Positions 56,576-64,000 of a DNA stretch of 64,000 nt are shown one piece after another. Under the pieces are notes generated by a model that was given only the letters and a program-made list of their open reading frames with translations, did not search any database and was not told the origin of the DNA. The position numbers were made by a program, and so were the translations under genes. Every line of letters begins with the position of its first letter. The first letter of the stretch is position 1. Source of the stretch: Pseudomonadota bacterium (GTDB taxonomy: Bacteria > Bdellovibrionota_C > UBA2361 > OMII01); NCBI GenBank assembly GCA_038134595.1, contig JAYPVM010000010.1, forward strand, positions 1-64,000, given 5' to 3'.

Positions 56576-59500
56576 TTACGCCTTATATCGGATGTCGTTT
56601 AGATAGCTCACTGAAGGTTGCGTATTGAGGTGATGATCCAAAACCTTATAGGCACGCTCACTTCGAGCCGCTTTGCTTACCTTACTGTTTGGATCATTTA
56701 AGTTACCAAACGTCAGCGCCTGCGTTGGACAGGTCTGCACACACGCCGGTGTTACATCACCATCTTCCACCAATCTCCCTAAGTCCTTCGCCACGTCCTT
56801 AGCCTCAGCAACTCTCTGCATACAGAACGTACACTTCTCCATCACACCCACTGTTCTCTTGGTCACATCTGGGTTGACCTGCCAATCCAAAAGTTCAGGC
56901 CACTCGTATTGGAACCAGTTAAAGCGCCGCACTTTGTACGAGCAGTTATTGGAACAATACCGTGTGCCGACGCAGCGGTTATAAACCATTGCATTCATTC
57001 CTTCCTCATTGTGATACGTCGCATACACAGGACAAACCGGCTCACACGGAGCATTTTGACAGTGTTGACACATCATAGGAAGGAAGCTCACCTTGAGCTC
57101 TTCTCCACTATTAGGGTTCTGATCATAATAACGCTCGATACGAATCCAGGTCATCTCGCGTCCCTGAGCGACAATCTTCTTACCCACTACAGGAATGTTG
57201 TTCTCCGCGTAGCACGCCACCACACATGCAGAACAACCAGTGCAGGCCGCGAGATCAACGGTCATTCCCCACTGATAAAGCGGATGCTCTCTTTGCTCAT
57301 ACATCTGCTTCGGCTCATGGTGTCCGTGCGATGCATCGTCACCGTGATGATCAGCTCCATCATGATGATCTCCGCCCCCACCAGCAATCATAGTGGTTCG
57401 AGCAAGCTCTCGATTCTCCTGAGAACTAAAGTCCTGAACGGTTACCAAGTTACCTGCTCCCGGAGCCCTCGACACCGTTACTGGCGCACCAGCCAAGACG
57501 ATCGATCCCGATACCTTGGCCAACTTTTTCGGAAGCAATCCAAAAACACTTCCACTTCCTTCAGCAGCACTCTCCGCATATCGACCGTACGCAGAATGTC
57601 CCTGACCAACTGGCACTGCCACAATATCCTTGTGAACGTGTTCGGTAATATAGGCAGGCGCCCTCACCTCACCGTCATCTGTCTTAAGTCGTACTTGATC
57701 TCCTTGTGCAATACCATATGACTTCGCTGTATCAGGGTGCATTTCTACCCAGGTGCCCCATACAGCCTGCGTAATAGGATCGGCAAGCTCCTGCATCCAA
57801 GGCCTATTAGCTGCACGTCCATCAAACGACTTAACCGAAGGATAAGGGTACAACATCAAGGCCCCCTTAGCTCGCTTAGCGCCGTGAGCTTTTAGTGCAA
57901 CCTTGAGGACTTGCGATGATACACTTATCGATGATGAGCCTGTTGAACCCGACTTGAAGTTTCCTCCATCCTCTAAACTGCTCATCCAAAAGCGTTTCTC
58001 GTCACCCGAGAACCTTCCACTACAGGCTTTGAGATAGCCAGCTTTGACAAAGTCAGCGTACGATTTTCCATTGTCCGAAATCGCCCGAGAGGTATTACTT
58101 GCGATAGTAATCAACACATCTCCAAAACTCTTCGTTTCGAAGATAGGCCTCATAGACGGTTGCTGGAGGCTAATCGAGCCATTTACCTGCTTGTTGTAAC
58201 CCCAGTCCTCAAGACTAGTGTGAACAGGTAGAATATAGTCAGCTAAAACAGCGGTCTCGTCCTCATGACTCGACAACGCCACAACAAGCCCTGCCTTTTT
58301 ACCGGAAGCTCCGCCTACTACTCCCACCTCTCGAGAACCGTATGCGTAGCCGAACGCGGCAGGAAACGAAAACTGAGGATTCGTATTATAGGTAAGCAAG
58401 ACATCAACGTTTCCACCTTGCATATCTTCAATAAGTTCGACCATCTTCTCAGCCGAAGTGTTCGGAACGGTCATTTCAGCAACATTGACCGTGTGCCCAA
58501 CATTGCCAAGCATGACATTTAAGATATTAACTGCAACCAAAAGCGGCATTGGATCCTCTGTCTGGGTGGCCGTACCCCCTGCCAAAATCAAAGACTGCTT
58601 AGCCTCTCCCAAATGCTGCGCGACTGCTGCAAGCTTTTCTACGGAAACTCCCGTACGTTCCGAAGTTCCCTCAAGAGTCACATGCCGAACCGCCCGCTCT
58701 ACATACGCGAGCACCTCACCGTTAAGGCCTTTTACTCGGCCACGTTGCATAAGATCTTTTATCAAAAACAACGCTATTTCGAGCTCACTGCCCACATTTG
58801 CCTTTAGCCACGTATCAGCATTTGCACCTGTCAGCGACAGTCTTGGCTCCACATGAACAAATCGCAACGGATGCTTAGACCTCCTCGAGTCCGCCCACTG
58901 CCTGGCGTAGCCAACCGGATTAGCCCATGTTTCGAGGAAATCAGCTCCAAAATTTACAATCAAGGAAGCTTTGTCTAACGAGAAAGTTGGCACGCCAAAC
59001 GTTCCGAAAACTAACTCTGAAGCCTTCGCAACAGCTACCGGCTGCATTGGATCCCAAACCACATGCGAAAATCCCATTGTGGTAGCAAATTTCTCCACTA
59101 TCTCTTTTTGAGAGGATGGGAGCTCCCCGGTCAAGAGTACCTTCTTCTTGTTCGACTTCGAGACAGCCTCTGTGATCTTACCGTAAACCTCATTCCACGA
59201 TGCGTCCAAGAAGACAGGACGAGACTTCTCCCTTAACCGATCGTCCGGAATAGAGCCAAGCTTTCTCTTTTTTGGACCTCTTACCCTATCTGGATCATAA
59301 AGAGACTGTAGAGCAGACTGGCCTAAGGCACACAAACTCCCCCGATTTACAGGATTTAAAGGATTACCTTCTATCTTGACCGCTCGTCCTTCGCGGGTTC
59401 GCACCCGAATACCACAACCCGCAGAGCATTCATTACACGTTGAACTATACCAAACGGCTACTCCCGGTATCTGCTCAGGATCGGGCTTAACATAGGGAAA

Positions 59501-59665
59501 TATCTTCTGCTCAGCTGGGTTCGCGCAGGCGGCAGCACTTAGAGCTGTTGTTGCTCCAAGACCCTGTAGGAACCTACGCCGAGATATCTGAACTAACCCA
59601 GATGAATTACTATTCTTTTGTGCCCTATTCTGACCCTTGTTCAATTGAACCAAATCGTCTTTCAT
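56576..59665 (-). CDS. actB: Alternative complex III subunit ActB (molybdopterin-oxidoreductase-like + NrfC-like Fe-S domains), Tat-exported lipoprotein
   Basis: SRRRFL...AAAC Tat lipobox; EGRAVKIEGNP; C-terminal CTGCSACVVAC, CQHCQNAPCEPVCP, CVGTRYCSNNC, KCTFC...CVQTCP. Confidence 0.93.
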   Translation of the reverse strand: MKDDLVQLNKGQNRAQKNSNSSGLVQISRRRFLQGLGATTALSAAACANPAEQKIFPYVKPDPEQIPGVAVWYSSTCNECSAGCGIRVRTREGRAVKIEGNPLNPVNRGSLCALGQSALQSLYDPDRVRGPKKRKLGSIPDDRLREKSRPVFLDASWNEVYGKITEAVSKSNKKKVLLTGELPSSQKEIVEKFATTMGFSHVVWDPMQPVAVAKASELVFGTFGVPTFSLDKASLIVNFGADFLETWANPVGYARQWADSRRSKHPLRFVHVEPRLSLTGANADTWLKANVGSELEIALFLIKDLMQRGRVKGLNGEVLAYVERAVRHVTLEGTSERTGVSVEKLAAVAQHLGEAKQSLILAGGTATQTEDPMPLLVAVNILNVMLGNVGHTVNVAEMTVPNTSAEKMVELIEDMQGGNVDVLLTYNTNPQFSFPAAFGYAYGSREVGVVGGASGKKAGLVVALSSHEDETAVLADYILPVHTSLEDWGYNKQVNGSISLQQPSMRPIFETKSFGDVLITIASNTSRAISDNGKSYADFVKAGYLKACSGRFSGDEKRFWMSSLEDGGNFKSGSTGSSSISVSSQVLKVALKAHGAKRAKGALMLYPYPSVKSFDGRAANRPWMQELADPITQAVWGTWVEMHPDTAKSYGIAQGDQVRLKTDDGEVRAPAYITEHVHKDIVAVPVGQGHSAYGRYAESAAEGSGSVFGLLPKKLAKVSGSIVLAGAPVTVSRAPGAGNLVTVQDFSSQENRELARTTMIAGGGGDHHDGADHHGDDASHGHHEPKQMYEQREHPLYQWGMTVDLAACTGCSACVVACYAENNIPVVGKKIVAQGREMTWIRIERYYDQNPNSGEELKVSFLPMMCQHCQNAPCEPVCPVYATYHNEEGMNAMVYNRCVGTRYCSNNCSYKVRRFNWFQYEWPELLDWQVNPDVTKRTVGVMEKCTFCMQRVAEAKDVAKDLGRLVEDGDVTPACVQTCPTQALTFGNLNDPNSKVSKAARSERAYKVLDHHLNTQPSVSYLNDIRYKA

Positions 59666-59738
59666 GTCCCAACCTCTGTACGACTGACCAAACTGCGTGC
59701 TGATTAAACTTAATAAAATCCTACCAGTACCTACGTCC

Positions 59739-60434
59739 CTAACGATGACTATGGCAGGTTAAACAATCGATGCTCGCGCCCCGCTCACGGTGACAACTGA
59801 TACACCATCCCATCTTCATCGAAGAAACTCTCTCTACCTGCGCCATCTCCGGAATTTGACCGTGACACTCCTGACACGCCACACCCGCTTTACCGTGCCG
59901 CTTATGATTAAACTTTAGATAATCTGGCATCACATGAACCTTCACCCACGGTATTGGCTCTCCCCGATTGTAGTAATCCTTGAGCTTCTCAATATCTTTC
60001 TTACCCTGCTCGCTTTTCCCAGCAACCAATGCCCCGTGACAACCCATGCAGGTTTCTTCCTCTGGAATTGCAGCATACGCCGACTTATTAACCGACCAGT
60101 GGCAATACTGACACTCCATCTTATTCTGCTGAACGTGAATCACGTGACTGAAGTTTATTGGCTGTTGAGGCTTATAGCCACGCGCTCGCTGTTCAGGGCC
60201 GAAGTAATGAAAATGGTCGGTAATATTAAGGTCCCACAATGCTGCTTGACCATCATTGTACACCCCTGTTCGCACACCGACCGCTGGGTAATCGGGTGTT
60301 GCATGTCCGTTTTCAACAGACTGAAACTGAAAGAACGCTAGAACGGCTGTGATACCGACCGCTACGACCACAAATCTTGATTTCTTAACCATGGAATAAA
60401 AAGAAAATGAGTGTGCGAGTCGTGAATCTTTCAA
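59739..60434 (-). CDS. actA: Alternative complex III pentaheme cytochrome c ActA (start may be ATG 60392)
   Basis: N-terminal TM, PQQPINFSH, five CxxCH (CQYCH, CMGCH, CQECH, CISCH, CLTCH). Confidence 0.92.
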   Translation of the reverse strand: MKDSRLAHSFSFYSMVKKSRFVVVAVGITAVLAFFQFQSVENGHATPDYPAVGVRTGVYNDGQAALWDLNITDHFHYFGPEQRARGYKPQQPINFSHVIHVQQNKMECQYCHWSVNKSAYAAIPEEETCMGCHGALVAGKSEQGKKDIEKLKDYYNRGEPIPWVKVHVMPDYLKFNHKRHGKAGVACQECHGQIPEMAQVERVSSMKMGWCISCHRERGASIDCLTCHSHR

Positions 60435-60780
60435 GTATTTAAGCTGTTGAGACTAAAGCCACGTAGCTACCCCCCCAAACCGCCGATACTTACATTGCCC
60501 AGAGCTTGAAACTTACACCCCTTGAGCTTTACTACAGCAACCCTCTACACCTACAACTTACAAGACAAACAATTTTTCCATTTCGTAATAAAACATTAAA
60601 GAGATTCAGGAAAGTAGCTAACTAACTTTTCTTCTTTCCGTCCTATCCTCGTGTTAATGAGCACTACGAAGCAAAAAAACTTCTCCGGAGAGGGTTCTAT
60701 CTCAGAAATAAAAAAAATGGAATATCCTGAGGAGGATAAACATCGTTTTCTTATCGAGTTATTCGCCACAATCGCCTACA

Positions 60781-62226
60781 GTGAGAGCCATGAAAATTGA
60801 ACAAGCGTCATGCCTCGCCCAGGGAGGGTGGTTTCAATCGGCCACCGGCGAGAGCCATGCCATTATCTCACCCAAAACACGGCACATTATCGGGCGCGTT
60901 CCAATGCTCACAGCCGAGGAAATCCGAGCGACAATCTCGCACAGCCAGCGTGCATTCCAAAAATGGAGGCACTCTACCCCTCAATTTCGCGCCGAAATAC
61001 TCACGAAACTCGGAGCATACCTCATCGAACACTGCGACAGATTAGCCGCAATCATATCCCTAGAGCAGGGCAAACCTCATCGTGAAGCCGTGGGTGAAGT
61101 GCACTACAGTGCAGACTACCTTCAATGCTACGCCGAAGAAGCCTTGCGAATCACCAGAGATTCCATACAAGATCCGAACCCCTCCAAACAGTTGACGGTA
61201 ACACGCCGACCGCTTGGCGTAGTCGTGGCGATAACCCCATGGAACTTTCCACTTGCAATGCTTACTCGAAAAATGGCGGCTGCGCTCGCCGCGGGCTGTA
61301 CTTTTATCGCCAAACCGGCACCTGAAACTCCCCTCTCAGCTCTGGCACTCGGTGAAGCGTGTTGCGCTGTTGGAGTCCCTATCGATGTTGTTCAGATCGT
61401 AACTGGCGATGCCGAAATCCTCGGAAAAGAGTTTATGAAATCAAAAACAGTACGGGGGGTGAGCTTTACTGGTTCCACGGAGGTTGGGAAGCTCCTCATC
61501 AAACAATCTTCCGATACCGTAAAGAAACTCACTCTGGAACTCGGCGGAAACGCTCCCTGCATTATCTGCCAGGATGCTGATATCGAAAAAGCAGTTCAAG
61601 GGGTTATCTTGGGTAAATTTCGAAATGCTGGGCAAGTATGCATAGCGATAAATCGCCTCTTAATTCACGAGAATATCGCTCAGCGATTTACCGAGAAACT
61701 TATCTCTGAAATATCCAAACTCACTCTCTATGAGAGAGAGGATGCGGCCTACGACATTGGGCCACTGATAAATCAAGCAGCGGTAGAAAAAATCGTTCGA
61801 TTAACGAGCGATGCCAAACAGAAAGGGGCATCATTATGTTATGGCCCTCTTCCCTCACTGAACCCACAATCTACATTGGTAAAGCCGTGCGTGCTTTCAG
61901 ACATCTCGCCCTCAATGGCGATCTGGCACGAAGAGGTATTCGGGCCGATAGTATCAATAGCCACGTTTTCCAACATCGATGAAGCAATCACCCTCGCAAA
62001 TAACACCGATTATGGGCTCGCCGCATATGTGTACTCAAGCGACCTCAAGACCGGTCACAACATTGCGCTCGAACTAGATTTTGGCATGGTAGGAGTAAAC
62101 GATACTGCTATATCAAATGCGCGCGCTCCATTCGGAGGAATCAAACAATCTGGCTTTGGCAGAGAAGGAGGTGCGTACGGCATAGCCGAGTACCTCGAGC
62201 TTCAATACCAATCAAGCATCTCGTAG
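60781..62226 (+). CDS. gabD: NAD(P)-dependent succinate-semialdehyde dehydrogenase family
   Basis: ITPWNFPLAM, SFTGSTEVG, LELGGNAP, KFRNAGQVC, EEVFGP, PFGGIKQSGFGREG. Confidence 0.88.
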   Translation: MRAMKIEQASCLAQGGWFQSATGESHAIISPKTRHIIGRVPMLTAEEIRATISHSQRAFQKWRHSTPQFRAEILTKLGAYLIEHCDRLAAIISLEQGKPHREAVGEVHYSADYLQCYAEEALRITRDSIQDPNPSKQLTVTRRPLGVVVAITPWNFPLAMLTRKMAAALAAGCTFIAKPAPETPLSALALGEACCAVGVPIDVVQIVTGDAEILGKEFMKSKTVRGVSFTGSTEVGKLLIKQSSDTVKKLTLELGGNAPCIICQDADIEKAVQGVILGKFRNAGQVCIAINRLLIHENIAQRFTEKLISEISKLTLYEREDAAYDIGPLINQAAVEKIVRLTSDAKQKGASLCYGPLPSLNPQSTLVKPCVLSDISPSMAIWHEEVFGPIVSIATFSNIDEAITLANNTDYGLAAYVYSSDLKTGHNIALELDFGMVGVNDTAISNARAPFGGIKQSGFGREGGAYGIAEYLELQYQSSIS

Positions 62227-62432
62227 ACCCTACCTTGAAAAAGAACCTCAATGAAAACTATCAAAAGCCACAGAACAAAAACCGAAATCATATAACGCTC
62301 TCGCACATACGTCGCCTCCTCGGCATACACGAGGCCAAGCACCTCTCTAAAAAACGGCCTCCCAGCACGACTCTTTAGTTAAAATTCTTTGATGAGTTGC
62401 GCTCCTGCTCTACCCGCACACTGCACAGACAT

Positions 62433-64000
62433 CTACACACAACAACTCGGGGGATCTACAACGGTGCTACACCTCTGCTCGTTGCTCGTCTCGGGATAAT
62501 CCAATGTAAAGTGGAGTCCCCTACTCTCTTTTCGACGTAACGCACAATCAATGATCAGCTGCGCTGTCAAATGGAGATTTCGCAGCTCCACAAGGTCTGC
62601 TGTAACGGTGGAAGTATGGTAATACTCCAAAATCTCTCGTCCAATAAGATCAATTCTGTGGCGAGCTCGCTCAAGTCGTTTTGTTGTTCTGACAACGCCT
62701 ACATAGTTCCACATCGTTCTACGAATCTCATCCCAGTTATGGGTAATAACCACCTGCTCATCACTATCAACAGCATCGCCTGCATCCCAACAAGGAATCT
62801 CGACCTGAACTTTATCCGAACTGTTCGTTGTTAGTGAATGCTCTGCCGCACGGTTGCCAAACACCAATCCCTCAAGAAGAGAGTTTGAGGCTAAGCGATT
62901 AGCGCCGTGCAATCCTGTACATGCACATTCTCCCGCTACATAAAGATCAACGATATCAGTACAGCCAAATTCATCACTTACCACTCCACCGCACATGTAG
63001 TGCGCCGCTGGCACAACTGGAATCGCCTCTTTTGTGATATCAAAACCAAACGCCAAGCATCGTTGATATATCGTCGGGAAATGATTCTGGATAAAATCCT
63101 TCTCTCGATGAGAAATATCAAGCAACACAAATTCATCTCCAGATTTCTTCATTTCAGCGTCGATTGCACGAGCAACAACATCTCGGGGCGCCAACTCACC
63201 TTGCGAGTGATATGAATGCATGAATAAATCACCATTTTTTCGCCGCAACAGCGCCCCTTCCCCCCGCATCGCCTCAGTAATTAAAAAATTCTTTGCCTCA
63301 GGATGGAATAAGCACGTAGGATGAAACTGCATAAATTCCAAATTAGATACTCGACATCCAGCTCGGTAACACATCGCAATGCCATCTCCTGAAGCCACGT
63401 CAGGATTTGAAGTGTAGAGATACACTTTTCCCGCTCCTCCTGTTGCCATCAGAACCTTATCGGCTCGAAATGTCTCTATTGCACCACTAGGCATCAGAAC
63501 ATACGCTCCTAACACCTTATTTGGGGCATCCTGAAAAACTCCAAGCTTGCGTGTGGTGATGAGATCAATAGCACTCGCTCTACTTATTAAGTCTATCTGG
63601 GGATGTGCTTCAACAGCGTTAAGTAATGCATCTTGAATCTGAAACCCCGTGGCATCAGCTACATGAAAAATACGACGACGTGAGTGCCCCCCTTCACGAT
63701 GGAGGTGGTACCCCCCATGTTTATCAACATCAAAACTAACACCCCTCTTCACCAATCCTTCTACAAGCGCCGGACCTTCTCGCACTACCGTAGATGCAAT
63801 CTGCTCATCGCTAAGTCCACAACCACATCGTAGCGTATCCTCAACGTGCAGCTCAAAACTATCGTCTCCGCTGCTTACTGCCGCAATACCACCCTGGGCC
63901 CACCTAGTTGATGACACCTGAGGGTCTTGCTTGCACAACACAGCCACCGAACCATAATCAGCCACACGCAAAGCGTACGTTAAACCAGCTATTCCACCGC
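62433..64000 (-). CDS. nadB: L-aspartate oxidase (5' end outside the window)
   Basis: Frame continues upstream as GGIAGLTYALR (FAD-binding); WAQGGIAAV, REGGHSRRRIFH, MQFHPT, LITEAMRGEG, AAHYMCGG, GLHGANRLASNSLLEG, ESRGLH. Confidence 0.96.
   Translation of the reverse strand, partial: GGIAGLTYALRVADYGSVAVLCKQDPQVSSTRWAQGGIAAVSSGDDSFELHVEDTLRCGCGLSDEQIASTVVREGPALVEGLVKRGVSFDVDKHGGYHLHREGGHSRRRIFHVADATGFQIQDALLNAVEAHPQIDLISRASAIDLITTRKLGVFQDAPNKVLGAYVLMPSGAIETFRADKVLMATGGAGKVYLYTSNPDVASGDGIAMCYRAGCRVSNLEFMQFHPTCLFHPEAKNFLITEAMRGEGALLRRKNGDLFMHSYHSQGELAPRDVVARAIDAEMKKSGDEFVLLDISHREKDFIQNHFPTIYQRCLAFGFDITKEAIPVVPAAHYMCGGVVSDEFGCTDIVDLYVAGECACTGLHGANRLASNSLLEGLVFGNRAAEHSLTTNSSDKVQVEIPCWDAGDAVDSDEQVVITHNWDEIRRTMWNYVGVVRTTKRLERARHRIDLIGREILEYYHTSTVTADLVELRNLHLTAQLIIDCALRRKESRGLHFTLDYPETSNEQRCSTVVDPPSCCV

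Noticed and set aside
56909..57721. 270-aa + strand ORF
   Set aside because: Antisense shadow of the conserved actB Fe-S domain.
60454..60489. Sigma28 promoter upstream of gabD (TAAAG...GCCGATAC)
   Set aside because: Spacing is about 23 nt, far from the ~14 nt required.

Overview
Gene-dense bacterial chromosomal window, mostly housekeeping. Gene order and content (motA-motB-motB-fliLMNOP, CpaB, alternative complex III, pdhC-lipA, rpmF-plsX-fabG-acpP-glyA-nrdR-ribBA) look deltaproteobacterial/Bdellovibrionota-like; this is an inference, not a tested assignment. Left to right: part of a flagellar motor/export cluster (1-4966), DUF1579 lipoprotein, lone cpaB, rsmE, cysE, a stand-alone sigma70 region-4-like protein, a GT-C-like membrane protein, purC, def-fmt, a membrane-embedded solo Cas4-like nuclease, several orphan ORFs, an MltD-type lytic transglycosylase, a 7Fe ferredoxin, a candidate structured RNA followed by tRNA-Cys, xseAB, an 866-aa repeat protein, pdhC-lipA-rsmI-like, a 1906-aa TamB/Omp85 fusion, an AI-2E transporter, a putative glycosylation trio, the riboflavin/glyA/fatty-acid block, the actABCDEF operon, gabD and 5'-truncated nadB. 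I saw no CRISPR array, integrase, transposase or rRNA. Best leads: (1) a Cas4-like Fe-S nuclease with a transmembrane hairpin inserted inside its Fe-S staple; (2) a single-polypeptide TamB-POTRA-Omp85 protein; (3) a flagellar stator with eroded key motifs; (4) a sigma4-only protein lacking the DNA-reading arginines; (5) a promoter-linked ~95-nt hairpin RNA upstream of tRNA-Cys. All calls come from reading motifs by eye; no database searches were run.
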